64,000 nt of DNA from NCBI GenBank assembly GCA_963719315.1, contig CAVRBU010000002.1, forward strand, positions 1,376,001 to 1,440,000, given 5' to 3'. Each line of letters opens with the position of its first letter. The stretch's first letter is position 1. Source of the stretch: an uncultured Planctomycetota bacterium (GTDB lineage: Bacteria; Planctomycetota; Planctomycetia; Pirellulales; Lacipirellulaceae). The translations under genes and the position numbers were made by a program. The notes beneath the pieces are model-generated. The model was not told where the DNA came from. It was given only the letters and a program-made list of their open reading frames with translations, and did not search any database. Below are positions 1-8,697 of this stretch, in pieces.

Positions 1-525
1 CCAAAACGGGCTGCTGACGCTCAGAGCCAGCAGCGTGGGCAAATGCCGCATGATGCGGTCGCAAATCATGACCGCCTTGTCCCCTGAATCGACGCCGACA
101 TGCACGTGCAGACCAAACGTTACGAGCCGCCGCGCCATTTCCTGTAGCAGTTTCACCAGCTTCAAATAGCGGTCATCCGGCGTAATCCGCTGATCCAACC
201 AGGACGAAAACGGGTGTGTCGCGCCCCACCACAGCCGCAACCCCAACGCATCGCATGCGGTTTCAACGACCTCAATCTTTCCCCGCAGGTCGCGCTCCGC
301 CTCGCCGACCGTCTCACACACGCCGGTGTTGATTTCCAGCACGCATTGCATCAACTCGGGCTTGAAGTGGTCGGCGTCGTCGCTCTGATGACCTTCGGCG
401 GTGAGCCGCGCGCTCAGCAGCCCATACGCACTCGTGAGCGCCATCGACGTCGCGTCCACAAGCCCGAGCTCCAGCTCTACACCAATCGTCGGCCGCTCGT
501 TGCGATGAAAGTCGATTTTGGCCAT
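1..525 (-). CDS. ybdK: YbdK-family glutamate--cysteine/carboxylate-amine ligase (runs off the window start)
   Basis: Manual translation from ATG at 525: MAKIDFHRNERPTIGVELELGLVD...KPELMQCVLEINTGVC...ATHPF...TFGLHVHVG...LLALSVSSPF, which are GCS2 motifs. Absent from the ORF track because the stop lies outside the window. Confidence 0.85.
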   Translation of the reverse strand, partial: MAKIDFHRNERPTIGVELELGLVDATSMALTSAYGLLSARLTAEGHQSDDADHFKPELMQCVLEINTGVCETVGEAERDLRGKIEVVETACDALGLRLWWGATHPFSSWLDQRITPDDRYLKLVKLLQEMARRLVTFGLHVHVGVDSGDKAVMICDRIMRHLPTLLALSVSSPFW

Positions 526-529
526 GACA

Positions 530-620
530 ATGGTCCGTTGTCCGTCGTCAGTAGTCCGTTGCGCTGAGCGCCGCGCTTAATCAGAATACAACGGACTACG
601 GACTACTGACAACGGACCAT
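530..620. repeat. Inverted pair of degenerate heptamer tandem arrays (GTCCGTT/GTCAGTA ... CAACGGA/CTACGGA/CTACTGA)
   Basis: atggtccgttgtccgtcgtcagtagtccgttg faces caacggactacggactactgacaacggaccat. The same family recurs at ~24795-24875. Confidence 0.75.
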
Positions 621-623
621 TAT

Positions 624-1484
624 TTACTTCACGAACTCCGGCGCCACCAGCTCCGGCAACACCCCTTCCGCGTAGCCCTGCGCGAGGAATTCCGTTACCG
701 CCTGCTGCCCTCGCGGCCCGAAATCGAGCGTCCAGTCATTCACGTACATACCCACGAACTTGTCGGCCTGCCGATCATCGAGATCGCGGCCGTACTGTTG
801 AGCGTAGCGTAGCGCATCCGTACGATGATTCAATCCGAATTCAATGCTCGCCTGAAGCAGCCGCTGCACTTCGCGAATCGTCTCCGCCCCTAAATCCTTG
901 CGAATTACATTGGCCCCCAACGGAAGCGGCAAGCCGGTTTTTTCCTTCCACCACTGGCCCAAATCAACTATCAGTCGCAGCTGATGATCGCCATACGTGA
1001 GCTGTCCTTCGTGAATGATTAGGCCCGCGTCGATCGACTGGCCATTGCGTTTGCCGGCGACGACCGCGGGGATAATCTCATCGAACGGCACTTCCACACA
1101 CTTGAAATCATTGCCCAGGCAAAGACGCAGCGATAAATACGCACTCGTTAATTTGCCCGGTACGGCGATCCTCACGTCGCGCAATTGTTCAACGCTCATC
1201 GCCTCGCGGGCAACGACCATCGGCCCATACCCATCGCCCATACTCGCGCCACAGGTACACAAGATGTATTTGTCGTGCAAGAACGCGTAGGCGTGGATGC
1301 TTACGGCCGTAAGTTCGAGCTCGGCATCGAACGCACGTCGATTGAGCGTTTCAATATCGACCAGCTCGTGCGTAAATGCATAGTCGCCCGTGTCGAGCTG
1401 ATTATTGGCCAAGGCATAGAACATGAACGCATCATCGGGATCGGGGCTATGGCCAACCCGGATCAATTGCTTGGTAGCGGTCAA
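624..1484 (-). CDS. mqnD: MqnA/MqnD-family 1,4-dihydroxy-6-naphthoate synthase (futalosine menaquinone pathway)
   Basis: Motifs GHSPDPDDAFMFYAL, DIETLN, GASMGDGYGP, IIHEGQLTY, GLPLPLG, FVGMYVN. Confidence 0.85.
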   Translation of the reverse strand: MTATKQLIRVGHSPDPDDAFMFYALANNQLDTGDYAFTHELVDIETLNRRAFDAELELTAVSIHAYAFLHDKYILCTCGASMGDGYGPMVVAREAMSVEQLRDVRIAVPGKLTSAYLSLRLCLGNDFKCVEVPFDEIIPAVVAGKRNGQSIDAGLIIHEGQLTYGDHQLRLIVDLGQWWKEKTGLPLPLGANVIRKDLGAETIREVQRLLQASIEFGLNHRTDALRYAQQYGRDLDDRQADKFVGMYVNDWTLDFGPRGQQAVTEFLAQGYAEGVLPELVAPEFVK

Positions 1485-1560
1485 GATTAGGGTTCCTCAT
1501 GCGATGAATTGTTCATCGTATGATATCAGGAACCGCGGGCATCGCCCACCGCTCGCTCGA

Positions 1561-2016
1561 CTAAGCCTCGAACGAAATGCCCGGTTTTGCAGTGTGAATT
1601 CGGCTCGAACCATATGCCGCCGACTGCGGTGCCGCTGGCGCGGCCGCATCGCCGCTGCTCAATTTATCGCACACTAGCTGCCACGTTTGCCGCTCGTATT
1701 CCAACAGACTCAACACCTCGGCAAGGGCCGCCGCATCCGTGTTGATCTTCGCTTCCGAAATGCGGCGGAACAGATACCAGTATAATTCCCCGATATGCTT
1801 GTTAAGTTCGCTCTTATTCTCGCGAACGCCCGCCAACAACTCGCCCACGATATCTATTGCCCGCAATAAAGGCGCGGCGGCGGCCATCGCGTCGCCTCGT
1901 TGCAGCGCGACCTCGGCTTGCCTCCCGAAGCGTATGGCGCCCTCGACCAGCAACAAGTGCAAGCGATGCGGCGGCGCGGTCAGCACCTTCGATTCAAGGT
2001 ACGACGATTGATGCAT
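1561..2016 (-). CDS. fliS: Flagellar export chaperone FliS
   Basis: YLESKVLTAPPHRLHLLLVEGAIRF...ELYWYL. Lies directly after fliD. ATG at 2016 preferred as start. Confidence 0.85.
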   Translation of the reverse strand: MHQSSYLESKVLTAPPHRLHLLLVEGAIRFGRQAEVALQRGDAMAAAAPLLRAIDIVGELLAGVRENKSELNKHIGELYWYLFRRISEAKINTDAAALAEVLSLLEYERQTWQLVCDKLSSGDAAAPAAPQSAAYGSSRIHTAKPGISFEA

Positions 2017-2067
2017 GGCAGAAATCGATTCTCTGACTAAATGTTTTGGCAAGCGACAATTGTTCGA

Positions 2068-4791
2068 CTACCCCCTCGAACTCGTCAGCGGCGGAATTAC
2101 CTGCAACGAACTCAGCGCCGAAAGGTTGTCTTTCAGTTTCGACACAGTCGATTCAAGATTGTAAAACATCAGCAGCAATCGCTCTCGCTGGCGGTCCAAG
2201 CTGTCGGACAGTGACTCTAGACGCTTGTTGTTGGAGTCGATGATCTGCTTGAGCGATTCGCTACGGGTCGCCAGCGTCGAGTTGTTTGCGCCTGCCAACT
2301 GCTCGATCGTATCGTCGAGCTTAGTGGCAAAACCCCGCTTGTCGTCGGTGAATAGCTGCTTGAGTGCGGCGGGGTCCTTGTCGAATGCCGCCGTTAGCTT
2401 CGTCTCATCCAGTTCCAACTTACCGTTGGCGTCGACGTTGATGCCGATCGCCGCCAGCGAATCGAATTGGCCTACGCCGAAAAAACGCGACGTCAGGACG
2501 CGGGAAATATCCGTATCAACTCGCAGCGCCGCTTGCGTGCCGAACAGAATGCCCGTCGTCAGATCGTCGGCATTAAATGCCGTCGTTTTGTCGAGAGTGT
2601 CGCGGAGCGAATTGTAGGACGACACGAATTCCTTGACGCCACTCACCAATGCGCTGCTCGACGCCTGCACACTCACAGTCACCGGCTTCAGCGAACCGTC
2701 ATTCACTGTCAGATTGATGCCATCCACGATGTTTGTGAAATTGTTCGTGGACGAGCTGATCAGTACGCCGCCTGCGCCGCTCGAGCCGTACTGCACGATG
2801 GCGTCGCGGCCAGTGTTGATTTCCTGGAGCGACAACGCCGTGTTGCCCGTGTCGATCAGCAGTTCGTTGGCCGCGCCGGAATTGTCGGCTGAAATCGACA
2901 GTCGTTGCCGCGTGCCATCGTTCAGCAGGCTAGCCGTTACGCCTCGCTTGAGCGAGTTGATCTTCGTCACCAAGTCCTTCAAAGTGTCGTCAGCATCGAT
3001 GGCGACCGTCGTGGTCGCGGTGCCGTCAATAACCTGCGTCGGCAAGCCATTCACGGTCGTCTCGACCGACGTGCCTAGCAGCCGCAAATCCTTGGCAGAC
3101 GTACCGTTGCCGACTTCGGTCACCGTAATCTTGCCGGCCCCGCCGGCCGTATCGATGAGTTCAATGCCGTCGCCACGATCGTTGATTCGGGCCTCGACAC
3201 TCACATTCGTCAGCGCGTTGATCCGGGCGATCACGTCGCCAACCGTCGTCGCTATATCGCCGACCTTGTTCAAATCCACTGCGCCCACAATTCCATTCGT
3301 ACCGGTTATTTTGAAATCGCCGACGTAAATTCCCGCTCCACCATTGAGCGACGACAACAGCGTAGCTTCACTGATTTGCTTCCGCGACAGAGCGCCACTG
3401 TTGACTTTCGTGGCGGTGGTGTTGGCGGCAATCCCCAAGGCCGTGGCCGAGTTGTGGGCGTCGCCGTCGGCCACGATCAGGTTGCTCGCCGTCGCGCCGG
3501 TCGTATCCGTCAATTGAATGCCGTTGCGGGCAGAGTTGATGCTGGCTGTCACGCCAGTCGCTTGCGCGTTGATCGCCGCGACAATCTCGCCCAGCGTCGC
3601 GGCCGCCGACAGATTGATATTCGACGTCACGCTGTTGCGATTGGTGATATTGATTTGGCCCAGCGTGCCCAGCCCGGCGCCGCCTTTTAAGCTCGAAACC
3701 AGCGTATCGCGCAGGCCGCTTACGAGTCGTCGGCCGCTGATCGTGTCTCCCACGGAACTCGCCGTCAGTCCCAAGTCGTCCGCAGCCGTCCCACTGCCAA
3801 CATTGGAAACGGCAAACGTCCCCGAACCCGAAGTGAGATCGGTCAACTCCAGCCGGTTGCCGTCGCTGCCTATCGCTGCCGACAACTGCGTCGGCGCAGC
3901 CGCATTGATCGCCGCCAGTACATCTCCCAGCGTTTTCGCGCTGCCCAAGTCGACCGTGACCGTCGAACCGTCGGCCAGCGCAATACTTAAATCGTTTCCA
4001 TCGCGTAGCTGGATGCCCGTACCATCGTTGAGTCGCAGCAACTCCGTCTTCGTGTGCAACGTAAAAACGTCATTGCCCGTCGCGGCCGCCGCGTTCACAT
4101 CAATGCCGGCCAGACCCAGGCTGCTGGCGGTTGTTCCCCCCGCAACCTCTTGCACCCTTAGATTTCCCGAGCCGCCCGTCTTGTCCGTGAGTTCAAACGA
4201 GTCGCCAACCGCCGCGGCCGAGACGTTGATCGCCGTATTTCCATTGATCGCCGCCAGCACATCATCCACATTGCGAGCGTAGCTCAGGTCGATTACGGCG
4301 CTCGCACCGCTGCGATCGGTGATGCGGATACTGCCCCGCTGCACGCCGTCTCCGCCGTTCAGCTCGTCGAGCGAGATGCCTTGGTCAATAAAACCACCCG
4401 TGCCGAAAGTAAACGATCCAGCGCCGATCGCTTCCGTAGCCCCAAAACTCTGGCTCAGCAACTGCTGAGCAGACGCCGTCTGAACCGGTGTGAAGAGGTA
4501 GTTGCCAACCGCCGGACTGCCATCGGTCGCAATTGCGGCCGTCAGTGAACTATCGCTCAACGTCACCTGCCGCGAATCGAATATACTCGCGGTGTTCAGT
4601 TGTTTGGTCTCAAATTGAAACGCCACCAACAGCGACGTCAATTGCGTGACCGCCAGCTTTTCTGATTGCAGGGTCTGCGTACGCGCGGTCAGGATATTCT
4701 TCGGCTGAGACGCGAGCGCGATGAGCTTATCGACTGTATCCTGGATCGGGATGCCGGTGATCAGGCCAGTGCTGGATTGAATACGAGTCAT
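2068..4791 (-). CDS. fliD: Flagellar filament cap FliD (large, with repeated internal domains)
   Basis: N-term STGLITGIPIQDTVDKLIA. C-term FVSSYNSL...LAAIGI...GKLELDETKL...FYNLESTVSKL. Confidence 0.92.
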   Translation of the reverse strand: MTRIQSSTGLITGIPIQDTVDKLIALASQPKNILTARTQTLQSEKLAVTQLTSLLVAFQFETKQLNTASIFDSRQVTLSDSSLTAAIATDGSPAVGNYLFTPVQTASAQQLLSQSFGATEAIGAGSFTFGTGGFIDQGISLDELNGGDGVQRGSIRITDRSGASAVIDLSYARNVDDVLAAINGNTAINVSAAAVGDSFELTDKTGGSGNLRVQEVAGGTTASSLGLAGIDVNAAAATGNDVFTLHTKTELLRLNDGTGIQLRDGNDLSIALADGSTVTVDLGSAKTLGDVLAAINAAAPTQLSAAIGSDGNRLELTDLTSGSGTFAVSNVGSGTAADDLGLTASSVGDTISGRRLVSGLRDTLVSSLKGGAGLGTLGQINITNRNSVTSNINLSAAATLGEIVAAINAQATGVTASINSARNGIQLTDTTGATASNLIVADGDAHNSATALGIAANTTATKVNSGALSRKQISEATLLSSLNGGAGIYVGDFKITGTNGIVGAVDLNKVGDIATTVGDVIARINALTNVSVEARINDRGDGIELIDTAGGAGKITVTEVGNGTSAKDLRLLGTSVETTVNGLPTQVIDGTATTTVAIDADDTLKDLVTKINSLKRGVTASLLNDGTRQRLSISADNSGAANELLIDTGNTALSLQEINTGRDAIVQYGSSGAGGVLISSSTNNFTNIVDGINLTVNDGSLKPVTVSVQASSSALVSGVKEFVSSYNSLRDTLDKTTAFNADDLTTGILFGTQAALRVDTDISRVLTSRFFGVGQFDSLAAIGINVDANGKLELDETKLTAAFDKDPAALKQLFTDDKRGFATKLDDTIEQLAGANNSTLATRSESLKQIIDSNNKRLESLSDSLDRQRERLLLMFYNLESTVSKLKDNLSALSSLQVIPPLTSSRG

Positions 4792-5042
4792 GAGCAATCA
4801 ACGATCTTTAGCGTCGGCCGCCAGTCCGAATCCACCGCTCCCAATCGCCACTCCCCAAATACACGCGCCGCCAACACTACTCACTGTAAATCTACGGCGC
4901 AGCAGCTAGCATCGGGCGCGGAACCCTACCGAATATATCGACCGCGCAGGCACCCTTTCTCAACGCCGTCTACAACCACCCGCGTCGCTATCCGCCGCCA
5001 TAGCCGCCGAGCTACGCTCGGCCGGGTTTCCGCTTCCTCAAC

Positions 5043-5081
5043 AAAAACAGCCGGCCCGACCCCAAAGGGCCGAACCGGCTG
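5043..5081 (-). terminator. Rho-independent terminator after flagellin
   Basis: Minus strand CAGCCGGTTCGGCCC-TTTG-GGGTCGGGCCGGCTG followed by TTTTT. Confidence 0.8.
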
Positions 5082-5121
5082 GTAGAATTCCTACTTATTC
5101 CGAGTCGAACGCCGGCTGAGC

Positions 5122-7218
5122 TTATCGCAGCAGCGCCAGCACGTTTTGCGGGTTCTGGTTGGCGATTTGGAGCACCGTCGTGCCAGACTGCACCAGGATT
5201 TGGGCCCGGGTGAGGGCGGCCGTTTCCGTAGCGAAGTCCGCGTCGCGAATTTGGCTATCCGCTTCCGTCAGGTTGACCAACGTGTCACCGAGGGCATTCT
5301 TGTTGGTTTCCAGCGACGTGCGTTGGAACGCACCCAACCGACCACGGAGCGTCGTTACTTGATTGATCGCCTCTTCCACGATCCGGGCCGCGGTTGTCGG
5401 ATTCGATGCGAGGTCGGCACTGCCACCGTCCCCCAGTTGGAACAACTTTCCGCTGACACCACCCAGCTTGGCCGTATTCACGCTCGTAATGCCGATGCGG
5501 GCCTGCTGATTGCTGACCACGTCCGGTCCGAGTTGGAACAGGGCCCCGCCGCCGGTGATGTCGAACGCGATCGAGCCGGTAAAGCCAGCTGCAACCGAGG
5601 TCGTCAGATCGAGCGTCGAGGTGTTGATCGACAGCTTGTTGCCGTCGCCCTTGGCGGCGATGCCGTTAATGGACGCGACCACGTCGGTGCCCGCGTTGCG
5701 CGTGCCTAGGCCGACGGCCGCTCCAATCGTGCCGCCACTAACCTCGTCGATCACCTTGATGTCCACAAACGCGGCCGAACCGTAATCCGTGGACTCGAAT
5801 TCCAAGGTCGTGCCGTTCACCGTGGCTTTGACACCCGTAGCGTCCTGGACCAAGTTGATGGCGTTTGCTACATCTGTAATCGAGGTATTGGCGTCGAAGG
5901 AGAAAACTTCGGAACCCGTCTTACCGGACAACTCGAAAACCGCAGCCTGGGACAAACCGCCGCTCGCATCGGCACCCAGACCCAACGCAGCAGCCGAAGG
6001 CGGCGTGTCGTTCGTATCGATGTAGTTCGCATCTCCCGTCACCAGGGCCGAAGCGCTATAACCGCTGAGGCCATTGATCGCCGCAGCGATGGCCGCCTTG
6101 GTCACGGTGCCCCGCACGTCGACCACGATATTGCTGCCCGAGAACGACGCGACCGCCGTGTTATTCGTGATAGTAGTCGATTCTTGGATCGTCACCGTCA
6201 CGCCATTTGCCGCAGAACCAGCCGTATCGGCTGTGACCGTAATCGCCGCGCTGCCCGCATCGCGGCCACCGGCAAGCGTGCCGGCGCCCACGTTTGTGGC
6301 GGCAATTGTGTCCGTACCGTCGGTCGTGCCGGAAACCGCGAAGTCCGTGCCGGCATTGATCACGTTCACGAGGTCGTCAACTGTGTTGTTGCCACCGGTG
6401 ATATCAACCGTCACCGTCAGGGTGTCGCTGGTGGCATTGTACAATGCGCCTTCCACCGCGCCGTCCACGATCACCAGGTTTTTCGCACCGTTGCCTTCCG
6501 CGTTCGCCGCATTGCCGGTCGATGACGCGGTCAGCGTAAACGTCGCGTTGTTTGTCGTGTCTAAAGTAACGACACCAGCCGCCTGCGAGGCCGTGTTGGT
6601 CACATTGAGCGTCGCGGTCGCGTTGGCTGCCGCGGTCGCCGCGGCAAAACCGGCGATGTCCACCTGCGCGTTCGTGGCCGCCGTCGTCACAGCAAGATTC
6701 ACAGACACCGCACCCGTTGCGCCCAGGTTGGCCTGGTCGATTTGCAAACCGCTCAGCTTATTGAAGTTCGTGCCGGCCGAGGTGATGAAGTCCAAACTGC
6801 CGTCCAACAGCTTTCGGCCTTGGAACGTGACCGTTTGGGCGATCCGATTCAACGCTTCCAGCGAGGAATCAATTTGCGACTGGTTGGCGGCGATTTGCTC
6901 CGCGCTCACACCACCCGTATTCGCCGCTTCCGTAACCAATCCACGAATGTCGTTCAGCAGCGAACTGACCTGGCCCAAAGCGCTGTCGGCCGTGGCAATC
7001 ACTTGATTGGCACGGTCCGTATTGCCGATGGCCCGCTGAATGCTCGTGATGTCGCTACGCAAGTTTTCGCTGGCGATCAAACCGGCCGGGTCGTCCTTGC
7101 CGGTGTTGATTCGCAAACCCGTGCTCAACCGCGTAAGAGCTTGCTGCAACGACTGATTGGATCGTCCCAGCGAATTCCGGGCAACCAAAGAACTCACATT
7201 CGTGTTAATACGTGTCAT
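5122..7218 (-). CDS. fliC: Flagellin
   Basis: MTRINTNVSSL...RLSTGLRINTGKDDPAGL. C-term RGRLGAFQ...SQIRDADFATE...ANQNPQNVLALLR. Confidence 0.97.
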   Translation of the reverse strand: MTRINTNVSSLVARNSLGRSNQSLQQALTRLSTGLRINTGKDDPAGLIASENLRSDITSIQRAIGNTDRANQVIATADSALGQVSSLLNDIRGLVTEAANTGGVSAEQIAANQSQIDSSLEALNRIAQTVTFQGRKLLDGSLDFITSAGTNFNKLSGLQIDQANLGATGAVSVNLAVTTAATNAQVDIAGFAAATAAANATATLNVTNTASQAAGVVTLDTTNNATFTLTASSTGNAANAEGNGAKNLVIVDGAVEGALYNATSDTLTVTVDITGGNNTVDDLVNVINAGTDFAVSGTTDGTDTIAATNVGAGTLAGGRDAGSAAITVTADTAGSAANGVTVTIQESTTITNNTAVASFSGSNIVVDVRGTVTKAAIAAAINGLSGYSASALVTGDANYIDTNDTPPSAAALGLGADASGGLSQAAVFELSGKTGSEVFSFDANTSITDVANAINLVQDATGVKATVNGTTLEFESTDYGSAAFVDIKVIDEVSGGTIGAAVGLGTRNAGTDVVASINGIAAKGDGNKLSINTSTLDLTTSVAAGFTGSIAFDITGGGALFQLGPDVVSNQQARIGITSVNTAKLGGVSGKLFQLGDGGSADLASNPTTAARIVEEAINQVTTLRGRLGAFQRTSLETNKNALGDTLVNLTEADSQIRDADFATETAALTRAQILVQSGTTVLQIANQNPQNVLALLR

Positions 7219-7524
7219 TTCTCAAAACCCCCCTTTGGGACAGGAACTTGTTCCAACCTAGGCCGGAGTGCGCTATTGCGCCGTTACCAGCGTGTTGTAT
7301 TGTGGTGACTTATAAGCTTTGCGATCCAAGACAACGCGTCTTGATTGCGATCGTGTTCGTTCATCGTTCCCTATTGCTCGTCAGCTCAGGGACACCCTTC
7401 CACTTGGTGGTAGAAGGTGACTGAATCAAACTGAGCAAGCCTAGGTTGCGATTTCTGTACGGGGAGCCGCCGCGACGAAAAATTGGCGGCACGAGCCTTT
7501 CCGCATCTACTCGCCTATGCCAAC

Positions 7525-7552
7525 ATATCGACGGGTCAATTTAGGGTCTTTA
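7525..7552 (-). promoter_or_regulatory. Sigma-28 (FliA)-type promoter for flagellin
   Basis: Minus strand TAAA-N16-GTCGATAT versus consensus TAAA-N15/16-GCCGATAW, ~300 nt upstream of fliC. The same -10 octamer occurs upstream of fliD (4935-4942) with a weak -35. Confidence 0.7.
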
Positions 7553-7642
7553 CGCAGTCAGCTTGCTTTTCAATCAACCGCCGAAAGGGATGAACGCACA
7601 GCCGTCACAATCGGCACAATCCGCAAGGGCAACCCTAGCGCA

Positions 7643-7876
7643 CTACTTTTGTTCGGAAGGAGACTTGCCGATTTGCCGCGCTTCATCCAGGCGAATTTGA
7701 GCCGCCTGTTGGTTCTCGCGCTGAATGGCTTCGTAGACCTCGCGCCGATGGACCGACACTTCGCGCGGGGCCTCGATGCCCAGCCGCACTTTGTCGCCGC
7801 GCACGTCCACGATGGTTACGACGATGTTATCGCCAATGATGATGCTCTCGTCGCGCTGTCGGGAAAGCACAAGCAT
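7643..7876 (-). CDS. csrA: Carbon storage regulator CsrA
   Basis: [48 protein letters not shown]. Confidence 0.97.
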   Translation of the reverse strand: MLVLSRQRDESIIIGDNIVVTIVDVRGDKVRLGIEAPREVSVHRREVYEAIQRENQQAAQIRLDEARQIGKSPSEQK

Positions 7877-8131
7877 GGTTTACCCGCTGTACGTCAGCCG
7901 TTCGGGCTGACCGGTCGGAGTCCGTTGGCAAATAAGCCAAACGTGCGCTCGGCCACGTACTAGCTTGATCGGAACTCGCTCGCCGCGCACTCAAGAAAGC
8001 CGGCAGACGATTAGAACGTAACGGTTGTGGCAGTCGTCCGCTCGCTCTCTTACATCTCGACACCGCCCCAACCACCCCGGCGGACTGGTCGCTTCAGCGA
8101 CCAGTAAGAAAACTGACCAAGCGCCGATTCA

Positions 8132-8566
8132 CTAAGCGATCTTCCGCCGCGCAGTCGCAATCAGCCGATGCTGCACCGCATGGTCGTCGCGAGCGACAAT
8201 TTGCCTCCCAAGCCGCTCCGCTACGTGAATCACGAGTGGCGCTTTGAGATTAAGCGCCAAAAAACCGCCCGCATGGCTCACGATCGCCAGGACTTGTGCA
8301 TCCTGCGGATTCGACAGTCCCAACGGCTGAATCTCGCGCCGCGCAACGCGCACCTGGTAATCCGCCACGAATCGCCGCGGGCTGACCACGCCCAGCGCTA
8401 CTTCCGGCCGATCCAGGCTCTGCAGCCAACCCAGCGATGAATTCTGTGCATCGGCCAGTAACACCCACCGCCGGCAATCTTCCATGCCGATCAGTCCGTC
8501 CACAAATGTAAGGACGTCGGCGTCCTCGACCGAGAGGCTGCCAAAACGGGTGGTAGAGATTTTCAT
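8132..8566 (-). CDS. fliW: Flagellar assembly factor FliW (CsrA antagonist)
   Basis: MKISTTRFG...F.DGLIGME...WLQSLD...NLKAPLVI...GRQIV. Adjacent to csrA. Confidence 0.92.
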   Translation of the reverse strand: MKISTTRFGSLSVEDADVLTFVDGLIGMEDCRRWVLLADAQNSSLGWLQSLDRPEVALGVVSPRRFVADYQVRVARREIQPLGLSNPQDAQVLAIVSHAGGFLALNLKAPLVIHVAERLGRQIVARDDHAVQHRLIATARRKIA

Positions 8567-8697
8567 GGGTTTACCTGCTGCCGCTAAGCGGCGTTGCCAT
8601 CGCGCTATCCAAACTATTCGGCCAGCATCGCTACCGAATCATAGCGAATTCTGCCAGTGCAGAGCATCGAGCGTTCCATTCTGAACGACTGCGTATT

